A stretch of 63,945 nt of DNA, counting the filler, from a candidate division TA06 bacterium SM23_40 (GTDB lineage Bacteria; LJUI01; SM1-40), in NCBI GenBank assembly GCA_001303705.1. It is 5 parts of 5 records of this genome, joined end to end, with 100 filler letters (N's around TTAATTAATTAA, not from the genome) between each part and the next. Parts side by side here need not be neighbours in the genome. Positions count along the whole stretch, not along the records: positions 25,119 to 44,827 come from LJUI01000032.1; 4 more parts are not named here. One strand, 5' to 3'. Positions within the stretch are counted from its first letter, which is position 1. Each line of letters starts with the position of its first letter. The translations under genes and the position numbers were made by a program. Below the pieces are notes generated by a model that saw only the letters and a program-made list of their open reading frames with translations, made no database searches and was not told the DNA's origin. This document shows, piece after piece, positions 30,291-39,726 of the stretch.

Positions 30291-30458
30291 GGGATTGGGA
30301 CGGGGAACAGAAGGCTGCTACTGTATTGAATGGAGTACCTGTCAGCGGTACGCCACCTCCCGTGATGGGCTCTCCGCAATACAGATTGGTTGACTCGCCG
30401 GGGCGACAATCGCAGTCCTTCTTGTTCCCCGTCTTTTTTGTCCCAGGGGCGGGGAACG
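30291..30458 (+). ncRNA. candidate structured leader RNA (attenuator or translational switch), family not recognised
   Basis: Long-range stem 30299-30318/30412-30433 enclosing two inner hairpins; U tract at 30434-30439; alternative pairing with the RBS region 30448-30457. Confidence 0.5.
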
Positions 30459-30830
30459 ATGGCGCAGAGGATCTTGGTCGTTGATGACGATCGGGAGTTT
30501 CGCAGCGCGCTCGTAAAGATCTTCGAAAGAGAGGGCTATTCCGTCGTGCCGGCCGCCGACGGCGATGAGGCGTTGGATTGTGTGAGGGGGACTTCGTTCG
30601 CACTCATCGTGGCTGACGCTCGTATGCCAAAGCTCGGCGGGCCCGAGCTCGTTCGCCGGCTCAAGGAACAGTGTCCGGGGGCTGCGCTCATTGTGGTCTC
30701 AGCGCTGCCGGATGGTCAGATCAGGGCAGACATGCTGGAGAACGGGGCATTCGATTTTGTCTCGAAGCCGGTGAGACGGGACGAACTGCTCAGGCTGGCA
30801 CGGCGTGCACTCGCGCCACGGGAGCACTGA
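30459..30830 (+). CDS. stand-alone response regulator receiver (CheY-like)
   Basis: RILVVDDD, DARMPKLGG, IVVSA, GAFDFVSKP. Confidence 0.9.
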   Translation: MAQRILVVDDDREFRSALVKIFEREGYSVVPAADGDEALDCVRGTSFALIVADARMPKLGGPELVRRLKEQCPGAALIVVSALPDGQIRADMLENGAFDFVSKPVRRDELLRLARRALAPREH

Positions 30831-30864
30831 TGCTGCTCACTGGAGGAAGAGAGGTACGTGACAG

Positions 30865-31140
30865 ATGGCCAGAGTGAAGGCGCTCGAACACGCGGTCGTC
30901 ACGATCGACCCGGACCAGTGCAAGGGATGCGAACTCTGCGTCATTGCCTGTCCTGAGCACGTACTGGAGATGTCTCCAGAGCTGAACCGGAGGGGATTCC
31001 ATTTCTCGCGCTATATCGGGAGCGGGTGTACAGGCTGCGGATTCTGTTACTATACATGCCCTGAGGCTGGGGCGATCACCGTCTACAAAAAGGGATATAC
31101 CCCTGAGGGGGAGGAAGAAGCTCCATGGCCAGAGAGCTGA
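30865..31140 (+). CDS. 2x[4Fe-4S] ferredoxin-like (delta) subunit of 2-oxoacid:ferredoxin oxidoreductase
   Basis: [12 protein letters not shown] and [13 protein letters not shown]. Confidence 0.92.
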   Translation: MARVKALEHAVVTIDPDQCKGCELCVIACPEHVLEMSPELNRRGFHFSRYIGSGCTGCGFCYYTCPEAGAITVYKKGYTPEGEEEAPWPES

Positions 31141-32177
31141 TCAAGGGGAACGATGCACTGGTGAAGGGAGCCATCCTGGCCGGCTGCCGATCGTATTTCG
31201 GCTATCCCATCACACCGGCATCGGAGATCGCTGAGGCGGCCGCGAGGTTCATGCCGCTCGTCGGAGGGACGTTCATTCAGGCTGAGAGCGAGGTGGCCGC
31301 TATCAATATGGTGTACGGAGCCGCGTCCGCGGGGCAGCGTACGATGACCGCATCCTCCAGTCCGGGGTTCAGCCTCAAACAGGAGGGGATTTCCTATTGC
31401 GCCGGCTCCGAACTGCCCTGCGTCATTGCCAACATTGTACGAGGAGGACCCGGGCTCGGGAACATCGCGCCTGAGCAAGGTGATTACTTCCAGACGGTGA
31501 AGGGGGGCGGTCACGGCAATTATCGGGTCATCGTCTTCGCCCCGAACTCGGCACAGGAGATGTGCGACTTCTCGATGCTGGCATTCGATCTTGCAGACAA
31601 GTATCGCAATCCCGTGCTGATCATGAGCGATGGGTTCACGGGTCAGATGATGGAGCCGGTCGACTTCCCCGAGCCGAAACCCGTCCCGGAGAGAGACGAA
31701 TCGTGGGCAGTATGCGGCGACGCCGATACGCGGCCGAACCTCATCTCGTCGATCTACCTGGAGCCCGAAGAGCTTGAAGCCCACATCAAGAAGCTGAAGG
31801 CCAAGTACGATGAGATGCAGCGGACCGAGGTGCGGTACGAGGAGTACGAGGCGGATGACGCGGAAATCATGTTGATCGGCTTTGGCATCGTGTCGCGGGT
31901 TCTCAGGAGCGTCGTTGACAGGGCGCGGGAGAAGGGGCTGAAGGTGGGCCTGCTGAGACCCATCACGTTATGGCCGTTTCCCAGTAAGCGGATCGCCCAG
32001 CGGGCGAAACAAGTAGAGACATTTCTGGTTGTCGAGCTGTCGACAGGCCAGATGGTTGAAGATGTACAGCTGGCTGTCATGAATGAGGCGCCGGTCAGGC
32101 TGTACTGGCGTGCCGGCGGCGTGGTGCCGACTGCAGAGGAGATCCTCGGCGAGATCGAAAAGATGATCGAGGGCTGA
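31125..32177 (+). CDS. vorB: 2-oxoacid:ferredoxin oxidoreductase alpha subunit, VorB-type (2-ketoisovalerate)
   Basis: [64 protein letters not shown]. Confidence 0.88.
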   Translation: MARELIKGNDALVKGAILAGCRSYFGYPITPASEIAEAAARFMPLVGGTFIQAESEVAAINMVYGAASAGQRTMTASSSPGFSLKQEGISYCAGSELPCVIANIVRGGPGLGNIAPEQGDYFQTVKGGGHGNYRVIVFAPNSAQEMCDFSMLAFDLADKYRNPVLIMSDGFTGQMMEPVDFPEPKPVPERDESWAVCGDADTRPNLISSIYLEPEELEAHIKKLKAKYDEMQRTEVRYEEYEADDAEIMLIGFGIVSRVLRSVVDRAREKGLKVGLLRPITLWPFPSKRIAQRAKQVETFLVVELSTGQMVEDVQLAVMNEAPVRLYWRAGGVVPTAEEILGEIEKMIEG

Positions 32178-32178
32178 C

Positions 32179-33645
32179 ATGGCAAAAAAGATATTGAAGA
32201 AGCCGGATGCCCTGTATGACGTCTTCGAGAGAAAGCCCGGTGTCGACAAGACGATGACCCACTATTGCCCGGGCTGTGGTCACGGCATCCTGCACAAGCT
32301 GATTGCAGAGGCGATCGACGACCTCGGTGTTGCCGATCGCACCATTTTCGTGAGTCCTGTCGGGTGCAGTGTCTTCGCATATTACTACTTCGATGTGGGT
32401 AATGTCCAGGTCGCCCACGGGCGAGCTCCCGCCGTTGCTACGGGACTCAAGCGTGCCAGCCCTAACAGCATCGTCATCTCGTACCAGGGCGATGGAGATC
32501 TTGCGGCGATCGGGGGAAACAACATCCTGCAGGCCGCCAACAGAGGTGAGTTATTCACTGTCTTCTTCATCAACAACGGCATCTATGGAATGACCGGCGG
32601 GCAGATGGCCCCGACTACACTCATCGGCCAGAAGACAACGACTACGCCGTACGGCCGGACCATCCGGAATGAGGGATACCCGATACGGGTGTGCGAGCTG
32701 CTCGCGACACTAGAATCTCCGGTCTACATCGAGCGCACCGCGATGACCGATGCAAAGAACATTGCCCGGACCCGTCGTGCCGTCAGGAAGGCGCTCAGGT
32801 GTCAGGTCGATCGGAAGGGATTCTCATTGGTCGAGGTACTCTCTAGCTGTCCCAGCGGGTGGAAGGTCGAACCGCGTGAGGCGCTCAAGTGGATCGAAGA
32901 GAAGATGATGCCGTACTTCCCTCTGGGCGTGTACAAGGATGTGATCGAGGAGCGAGAGCCTGTCGAGCTCGTCGAGCGTACCTACACCTCGGCCGATATC
33001 ATGAAGGGGTTGGCACTGGCGGACGGAGAGGCAGCGGCCAGGGCTCCGCGGCACGAGGACGTAGGCGAAATGGCCATGAAGATAGCGGGCTTCGGCGGCC
33101 AGGGCATCCTCTTTCTCGGGCTGGCGCTGGCTGAGACCGGGATGGATGAGGGGCTGCATGTAACGTGGCTGCCGTCTTATGGTCCGGAGATGCGGGGGGG
33201 CACCGCAAACTGCCATGTCATTCTGTCCGGACGCAGAGTCGGTGCTCCGCTCGTCTCAATCCCCAACGTCTTGATTGCGCTCAACCGACCCTCACTCGAG
33301 AAGTTCGAGCCGGCCTTGAGTGAGGGAGGTCTTATCCTCTATGATAGTTCGCTCATCGATATCAGTCCATCACGAAAGGACATCATACCGCTTCCTGTGC
33401 CGGCGACGAAGTTGGCGGATGAACTGGGGAGCACGAGGGCTGCCAACATGGTCGCCATGGGGGCGCTGATCGGATACACGGATGTGGTCAGCGTGGACGG
33501 GGCGATCGCAGCCCTGCCCAGGCTGGTGAAGAGAGATGAGCTCATATCGCTCAATGAAGCTGCCATCAGGAAGGGCGTCGAACAGGGTCGGCAGCTCCGG
33601 GCGAAGCAGAAAGTGGCGGTAGGAACAGGAAAAGGAGCACGCTGA
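32179..33645 (+). CDS. 2-oxoacid:ferredoxin oxidoreductase fused beta (TPP-binding) + gamma subunit
   Basis: HYCPGCGHG, PVGCS, YQGDGD..NNGIYGMTGGQMAPT; then IAGFGGQG, WLPSYGPEMRGGTANC. Confidence 0.9.
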   Translation: MAKKILKKPDALYDVFERKPGVDKTMTHYCPGCGHGILHKLIAEAIDDLGVADRTIFVSPVGCSVFAYYYFDVGNVQVAHGRAPAVATGLKRASPNSIVISYQGDGDLAAIGGNNILQAANRGELFTVFFINNGIYGMTGGQMAPTTLIGQKTTTTPYGRTIRNEGYPIRVCELLATLESPVYIERTAMTDAKNIARTRRAVRKALRCQVDRKGFSLVEVLSSCPSGWKVEPREALKWIEEKMMPYFPLGVYKDVIEEREPVELVERTYTSADIMKGLALADGEAAARAPRHEDVGEMAMKIAGFGGQGILFLGLALAETGMDEGLHVTWLPSYGPEMRGGTANCHVILSGRRVGAPLVSIPNVLIALNRPSLEKFEPALSEGGLILYDSSLIDISPSRKDIIPLPVPATKLADELGSTRAANMVAMGALIGYTDVVSVDGAIAALPRLVKRDELISLNEAAIRKGVEQGRQLRAKQKVAVGTGKGAR

Positions 33646-33845
33646 ACTTCTGAAACAGTGACTGTTCGCCCTACGGTACTCAGGGCCCAGATGTCTCCAA
33701 TTGGGCGCCGGCCGGATGTGGGATCGAGCTGGCAGGAGGGTGAGTCGCAGCGGTGAGTGCGACGCCCGCTGTCGGCCGTCGTGGCCGGAGGAAGAGGCTC
33801 GTCTGGGCTCCTTTCAGGTTGGCACCATACATCCGGGGGAGGATC

Positions 33846-34976
33846 ATGGACATCGGGGTGCCGAAGGAGGTGCGCCAGCACGAAAAGCGAGTCGGGATCA
33901 CGCCGGGGGGAGTGAGACTGCTCGTCCGCAAGGGGCACCGCGTCTTTGTGCAGTCCGGGGCGGGTGAGGGCTGCGGCTTCCTCGACGAACACTATCAGGC
34001 GGTCGGAGCCGAAATAGTCTTTGACGCCGGAGAGGCTTACGGACGAGCGGATGTCGTCCTCAAGGTGACCGGCCTAATCCCGGAAGAATACGAACTGCTC
34101 CGGGAGGGTCAGGTCATCTTTGCATTCTTTCACCTTGCAGCGGCAGCGAGGCAGCTCGTTGACATCCTATTGAAGAAGGAGATCACGGCAGTCGCCTACG
34201 AGACGGTGCAGAATCCAGATGGAGAGCTGCCCATCCTGGTGCCGATGAGCGAGATCGCCGGCCGCATGGCCCCTGCGATTGCATCTCACTGCCTCTCCAC
34301 GCCGGCAGGGGGGAAAGGGATCCTGCTGGCAGGGATCCCCGGGGTCCCTGCAGCTGAGGTCGTCATCATCGGAGGCGGGGTGGTGGGATACAATGCCGCG
34401 CGTTCGTTCCTCGGCATAGGCGCCCACGTGACGCTTCTCGATCGCAAGGTCTCTGTCCTCCAGCGGCTCGACTCTCTGCTCGGGGGGCATCTGAACACGA
34501 TGATCGCCACGAGGCACAACATCACGCGGGTCTGTCGTTATCTCGACGTGCTCGTCGGCTGTATCCTCCTCCCGGGCGCCCGGACGCCGCACGTGGTCAC
34601 CGAGGAGATGGTGCGTTCGATGCGGCGACGTTCCGTCATTCTCGACATAGCGATCGATCAGGGTGGATGCGTAGAAACGAGCCATCCGACGACACTGGGC
34701 GATCCGACATACATCTCGGAGGGGATCATACACTATTGCGTCCCGAACATGCCTGGCCGGGCATCACGGACATCATCGCATGCGCTCACAAACGCCTCAG
34801 TTCCCTTCCTGCTCGACTTTCTCGAGGCTGGTGAAGAGCGTGCGCTTGTCGAAAATCGCGCTCTCGCCGCCGGGGTCAACACCTACAGAGGACACCTCGT
34901 CAACGAGTCGGTGGCCGCCTCGACTGACATGGAGGCCGTCTCGCTGGAGTCGATACTCGGAGCCACGAAGAGATGA
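33846..34976 (+). CDS. ald: alanine dehydrogenase
   Basis: [74 protein letters not shown]. Confidence 0.9.
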   Translation: MDIGVPKEVRQHEKRVGITPGGVRLLVRKGHRVFVQSGAGEGCGFLDEHYQAVGAEIVFDAGEAYGRADVVLKVTGLIPEEYELLREGQVIFAFFHLAAAARQLVDILLKKEITAVAYETVQNPDGELPILVPMSEIAGRMAPAIASHCLSTPAGGKGILLAGIPGVPAAEVVIIGGGVVGYNAARSFLGIGAHVTLLDRKVSVLQRLDSLLGGHLNTMIATRHNITRVCRYLDVLVGCILLPGARTPHVVTEEMVRSMRRRSVILDIAIDQGGCVETSHPTTLGDPTYISEGIIHYCVPNMPGRASRTSSHALTNASVPFLLDFLEAGEERALVENRALAAGVNTYRGHLVNESVAASTDMEAVSLESILGATKR

Positions 34977-36301
34977 ACTGGGTGGACATCTACAAGTCGA
35001 AGATCACCACTGCTGAGGATGCGGCGACGTACATCAAATCAGGCGACCGCGTCTACATCGGTGCGGGATGTGGGGTGCCCCACAGTCTCGTAGACGCTAT
35101 GGTCGGATGCGCCGCAGATCTGTGGAATGTCGAGATCACCCACCTGTTGACCATCGGGCCGGCGCCCTACGCCAAACCTGAGATGGCCGAACACTTCCGC
35201 CACAACGCGGTCTTTGTGGGTGGGAATGTGCGCGAGGCGATCAACTCCGGGAGAGGGGACTACATCCCCATCTACCTCGCCGATGTGCCGAAGCTCTACC
35301 TGCAGGGCCACCTGCCTCTCGATGTCGCGCTCGTCAGCCTCTCGCCGCCCGATGAGCACGGGTTCTGCAGCTTCGGGATCGAGGTTGGCTGCACCAAGCC
35401 CGCAGCGCATGCCGCCAAGAAAGTGATCGCCGAGGTGAACACAGAGATGCCGCGCACCCTGGGGGATAGCTTCATCCACGTATCGAAGGTGGATCAGTTC
35501 GTTGAGGTGTCGCGGCCGCTCGACGTGCTGGGAAAGCCTGAAATATCGGATGTCCACCGTCGTATCGGCCGGTACATAGCTGATCTGATCGAGGATGGTT
35601 CGACTCTCCAGATGGGCATCGGCGCGATCCCTGACGCTGTTCTCCTCTTTCTCGATGAGAAGGAGGACCTCGGGGTGCATACGGAGATGTTTTCGGATGG
35701 GCTGATAGAGCTCATCGAGCGCGGGATCGTGACGAACGACAAGAAGACGGTCCATCCGGGCAAGGCGATCGTCGGGTTTCTTCTCGGGTCGAGAAGACTG
35801 TACGAATTCGTTGACAACAACGCACTCATCGAGTTCCATCCCACGGACTATGTGAACAACCCGCTCCTCATCAGCCAGAACGATAAGATGGTGGCGATCA
35901 ACTCCGCCATTCAAGTCGATATCACCGGCCAGGTGAGCGCGGACTCGATCGGCTACTATATCTACAGCGGGTTCGGCGGTCAGGTCGATTTCATGCGGGG
36001 AGCGGCGCGCTCCAGCGGAGGGAAGCCGATCACTGCGCTTCCGTCCACGGCGAAGGGCGGCGCGGTCTCTCGCATCGTCCCCCACCTGGACGAGGGTGCG
36101 GGGGTGGTCACAAACAGGGCGGACGTTCACTATGTGGTGACAGAGTACGGAGTCGCCTATCTCTACGGCAAGAACCTGAGGCAGCGCGTGCGGGCGCTGA
36201 TCGATCTTGCCCATCCGAACTTCCGGGAAGATCTGTTGCGCTTCGCACATGAACACAACTATCTGCCGCGCGCAACCGCTGTGGGCCGGGATGTTGGGTG
36301 A
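34973..36301 (+). CDS. acetyl-CoA hydrolase/transferase family protein (4-hydroxybutyrate CoA-transferase-like)
   Basis: SPPDEHGFCSFG, MPRTLGD, TLQMGIGAIPDAV, DLGVHTEMFSDG, SGFGGQVDFMRGA, VHYVVTEYGVA. Confidence 0.92.
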   Translation: MNWVDIYKSKITTAEDAATYIKSGDRVYIGAGCGVPHSLVDAMVGCAADLWNVEITHLLTIGPAPYAKPEMAEHFRHNAVFVGGNVREAINSGRGDYIPIYLADVPKLYLQGHLPLDVALVSLSPPDEHGFCSFGIEVGCTKPAAHAAKKVIAEVNTEMPRTLGDSFIHVSKVDQFVEVSRPLDVLGKPEISDVHRRIGRYIADLIEDGSTLQMGIGAIPDAVLLFLDEKEDLGVHTEMFSDGLIELIERGIVTNDKKTVHPGKAIVGFLLGSRRLYEFVDNNALIEFHPTDYVNNPLLISQNDKMVAINSAIQVDITGQVSADSIGYYIYSGFGGQVDFMRGAARSSGGKPITALPSTAKGGAVSRIVPHLDEGAGVVTNRADVHYVVTEYGVAYLYGKNLRQRVRALIDLAHPNFREDLLRFAHEHNYLPRATAVGRDVG

Positions 36302-36364
36302 ACGTGCCGAATCGGTTGCTTCCGAGCAGCGTGGCGTCGACAGGAACGAGAGGTGTATAGGGGC

Positions 36365-36943
36365 ATGAGCGAAAGCGGAGTGATCGAGATCCGATGGCAC
36401 GGCAGAGGAGGCCAGGGGGTGGTGACCGCAGCGCGCCTCCTCGCGGGCGCGGCCCTGAGGGCCGATAAGTATTTCCAGGCCTTTCCCGAGTTCGGCCCGG
36501 AGAGGATGGGAGCACCCATCGTCGCCTTTAATCGCATCTCATCCCGGCCATTCTCCAACTACTCCCAGATCTCGAACCCCGATGTGGTCGTGGTGATCGA
36601 CCCGACCCTGCTCGGGGCAGAGGCTGTCATCGCCGGTGTTGGTGAGGACGCGATCTTCATCGCGAACAGCTCTGAGGAGGCGCGGCCGGTTGCCGGGCGT
36701 CTGGGCCTGGAGCCCGGTCAGGTGTACGTTGTGGACGCCTCGAGGATCGCACGTGAGACGATCGGAAGAGATATTCCTAATACTGCGATGCTGGGTGGCG
36801 TCGTCGGGATTACGGAGATCGTGCCACTCGATGACGTGATCGAAGAGTTGAAGGAGCTGATGGGGGAGAAGCTGGGCTCGGAGAGGATAGAAGGTAACAT
36901 AGAGGCGATTCGCAGGACTTTTGAGACGATACGAGCCAGATAG
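36365..36943 (+). CDS. porC: pyruvate:ferredoxin oxidoreductase gamma subunit
   Basis: EIRWHGRGGQGVVTAA, QAFPEFGPERMGAP, PNTAMLG. Confidence 0.88.
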   Translation: MSESGVIEIRWHGRGGQGVVTAARLLAGAALRADKYFQAFPEFGPERMGAPIVAFNRISSRPFSNYSQISNPDVVVVIDPTLLGAEAVIAGVGEDAIFIANSSEEARPVAGRLGLEPGQVYVVDASRIARETIGRDIPNTAMLGGVVGITEIVPLDDVIEELKELMGEKLGSERIEGNIEAIRRTFETIRAR

Positions 36944-36969
36944 GCGCGAGAAGAGAAAGGCGGAAGAGG

Positions 36970-37488
36970 ATGGCCCGTAAGAAGGAGACGGCAGCTAGGA
37001 AGACGAGGGCGCAGACCCGGAAAGGGAGGAAGACGGAGCGTGTGAAGAGGGCGGGGGGCGCGAAGAAAGTACGTACGTCGGCCGCCGGCGTGAAGACGTC
37101 GACAAGAACGAGAAAAAAGGGGGAGGCCACCTCAGCTATCGGCGCGAAGAGGCCCGCAGGGAGGAAACGGGCGAAAGGCCGGCAGGCAGGAGGGGAGAAG
37201 CCTGGATGGCGCGACATCCCGCGCGGAGGTCTGATTGTCAAGGCCGGCAACGCAGAGACGTACGAGACAGGCTCGTGGAGGACAAAGGCGCCGGCCATCG
37301 ACTTCGACCGATGCACGAACTGTCTCTTCTGCTGGATCTGGTGCCCCGACGGGGCTATTCAGGTGAAGGATGGCAAGGTCGTTGGTATTGATCTGTTTCA
37401 CTGTAAGGGATGCGGGATCTGTGCCCATGAGTGTCCCAAAGAGGCCATCGCCATGGTAGATGAGCGGAGGACAACACATGTCGCATAG
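36970..37488 (+). CDS. porD: pyruvate:ferredoxin oxidoreductase delta subunit with long basic N-terminal extension
   Basis: TGSWRT..P..D..RCTNCLFCWIWCPD, CKGCGICAHECP; the first about 78 aa are K/R/A/G/T-rich. Confidence 0.85.
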   Translation: MARKKETAARKTRAQTRKGRKTERVKRAGGAKKVRTSAAGVKTSTRTRKKGEATSAIGAKRPAGRKRAKGRQAGGEKPGWRDIPRGGLIVKAGNAETYETGSWRTKAPAIDFDRCTNCLFCWIWCPDGAIQVKDGKVVGIDLFHCKGCGICAHECPKEAIAMVDERRTTHVA

Positions 37489-38722
37489 AGGGAGACGCAC
37501 AGGATCAGGGGCTCGGGTGCTGAGGGCTCCGGCACCTGCCAAGGGCACGATCGTGAAGGCACTGAGGGGTGCCGACGCCGTGGCCGAGGCGATGCGCCAG
37601 GTCAACCCGGGAGTTGTCGCCGCCTATCCGATCACACCTCAGACGGACGTCGTGGAACGGTTCTCCGAATTCGTCGCCGATGGAGAAGTCGGCACCGAAT
37701 TCGTCACCGTTGAGAGTGAGCATAGCGCGATGAGTGCATGCATCGGCGCGGCTGCCGCCGGGTGCAGGGTGATGACAGCGACCTCTGCCAACGGGTTGGC
37801 TCTCATGTGGGAGATGCTCTATATCGCTGCCTCCTACCGGGCGCCGATCGTGATGGCAGTGGCGAACAGGGCTCTGAGCGGCCCGATAAATATCCACTGT
37901 GACCACAGTGACTCAATGGGGGCGAGGGACAGCGGTTGGATTCAGATTTATTCCTCGACGGTCGAGGAAGTGTATGACAATGTCATCCAGGCGGTGCGGA
38001 TCGGCGAGTCGAAAGACGTGAGATTACCGGTGATGGTGATGTTCGACGGGTTCATCATCAGTCACCTCTTGGAACGCGTCCGGGTGTTGCCCGACAAGAA
38101 GGTCCAGTCGTTCATCGGTCCCCCGCGGCCCGTCTACTCCTTGCTCGATATTGATCATCCCCTCACATATGGGCCGCTCGATCTGTTCGACTACTACTTT
38201 GAACACAAGCGCCAGCAGGTCGATGCAATGGAGTATGCCGAAAAGGCGATCACGGACGTGGGAAAGGAATACGGTCAGGTTTCGGGTCGGCTATATGGAT
38301 ATTACGAGGCGCACGAGCTCGATGATGCGGAGGTAGCGGTGGTGGCTCTCGGCTCAACTGCCTCGACGATAAAGGGACTCATTCCTGAGATCCGGGATGA
38401 GCGGATCAAGGGCGGCCTGCTGAAGGTGCGGCTATTCCGTCCCTTCCCGACCAGAGATGTCGTTCGGAGGCTGTCAGCGACGAAGGCTGTCGCGGTCCTC
38501 GATCGCTCGGCGTCATTCGGGGCTGATGGTGGACCTCTCTATCTCGAGGTGTCGAACGCCCTCGGCAGGGCGGGGGCGAAGACGAAGGTGACCAACTATA
38601 TCTATGGCCTGGGAGGGCGCGACATTTCGCACGAGCACATTATGCGTGTCTATCAGGATCTGACAAGAATGGCGCGTGGGCGCCTCAAGCCCGGTACACG
38701 GTATCTGGGAGTGAGAGAGTAG
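37478..38722 (+). CDS. porA: pyruvate:ferredoxin oxidoreductase alpha subunit
   Basis: VAAYPITPQT, VESEHSAMSACIGA, ANRALSGPINIHCDHSD, DGFIISH, YGLGGRD. Confidence 0.9.
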   Translation: MSHRGRRTGSGARVLRAPAPAKGTIVKALRGADAVAEAMRQVNPGVVAAYPITPQTDVVERFSEFVADGEVGTEFVTVESEHSAMSACIGAAAAGCRVMTATSANGLALMWEMLYIAASYRAPIVMAVANRALSGPINIHCDHSDSMGARDSGWIQIYSSTVEEVYDNVIQAVRIGESKDVRLPVMVMFDGFIISHLLERVRVLPDKKVQSFIGPPRPVYSLLDIDHPLTYGPLDLFDYYFEHKRQQVDAMEYAEKAITDVGKEYGQVSGRLYGYYEAHELDDAEVAVVALGSTASTIKGLIPEIRDERIKGGLLKVRLFRPFPTRDVVRRLSATKAVAVLDRSASFGADGGPLYLEVSNALGRAGAKTKVTNYIYGLGGRDISHEHIMRVYQDLTRMARGRLKPGTRYLGVRE

Positions 38723-38748
38723 AGCACCAATCGGAGAAAGGTCGAACG

Positions 38749-39726
38749 ATGGCCAACTTGAAAGAGCTAGCTACGAGGGAAGAGCTGTTGACGGGCGGGC
38801 ATCGCCTGTGTGCCGGCTGTGCCGCGTCGATCATCGTCAGACAGATACTGCTCTCGTCGAAGTATCCTCTCGTCGTCTCTTCGGCGACAGGGTGTCTCGA
38901 AGTGGCGACGACCATCTATCCATATACGGCATGGAAGACAGCATGGATCCACAGCGCATTCGAGAACGTCGCCGCTACCATTAGCGGGGTGGAGGCGGCA
39001 TACACCTATCAACGTCGGACAGGCACGCTCGATCAGGAGTTCCGGTTCATCGCGTTCGCCGGAGATGGGGGCACGTACGATATTGGAATCCAGGCTCTCT
39101 CCGGGGCGCTGGAGCGCGGGCACCAGTTCCTGTACGTCTGCTATGACAACCAGGCCTATATGAATACTGGCATTCAGCGTTCGAGCGCCACTCCTGCCGG
39201 CGCATGGACGACGACGTGTCCGCCCGGCAAGCAGAGCCGCGGCAAGCGCCAGTATCGGAAGAACCTGACGGAAGTCGTCGCCGCACACAGGATCCCCTAT
39301 GCGGCTCAGGCATCGCCCAGCCACTGGAAGGATCTGGTGACGAAGATCGAGAAAGCTCTGGAGGTTGAGGGTCCTGCGTTCATGAACATCATCGCCCCCT
39401 GTCCACGGGGCTGGCGACACGAGACAGATGAGACGATCGAGATCGCCCGTCTCGCCGTCGAGAGCCGGTTCTGGCCCCTTTTCGAGGTGGAGGAGGGACG
39501 GTGGCGGCTCAATTACCGCCCGCGCAGGCCGATCCCGGTCGTCGACTGGCTCAGGCGGCAGGGGCGGTTCAAACATCTATTCACCGAGGGATGCGAGTCG
39601 ATGCTCGATGAGATCCAGGCTCGCGTCGATAGGGAATGGGAAGACCTGGTCAGCAGGTGCGCCGCCGACAAGGAACGAGCAGCCGGGGGCGAATCCAGGA
39701 CCGGAGAAGGTGGTGCTGAGCAATGA
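38749..39726 (+). CDS. porB: pyruvate:ferredoxin oxidoreductase beta subunit
   Basis: [50 protein letters not shown]. Confidence 0.9.
   Translation: MANLKELATREELLTGGHRLCAGCAASIIVRQILLSSKYPLVVSSATGCLEVATTIYPYTAWKTAWIHSAFENVAATISGVEAAYTYQRRTGTLDQEFRFIAFAGDGGTYDIGIQALSGALERGHQFLYVCYDNQAYMNTGIQRSSATPAGAWTTTCPPGKQSRGKRQYRKNLTEVVAAHRIPYAAQASPSHWKDLVTKIEKALEVEGPAFMNIIAPCPRGWRHETDETIEIARLAVESRFWPLFEVEEGRWRLNYRPRRPIPVVDWLRRQGRFKHLFTEGCESMLDEIQARVDREWEDLVSRCAADKERAAGGESRTGEGGAEQ

Noticed and set aside
30291-30444. 6S RNA or SRP RNA identity for the structured leader
   Set aside because: It lacks the large two-sided central bubble of 6S and the SRP domain IV motif; it is kept as an unclassified structure.
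30263-30484. 73-aa ORF after AAGGAGG in the leader
   Set aside because: The SD abuts the TTG with no spacing and the product has no recognisable features; not called as a CDS.
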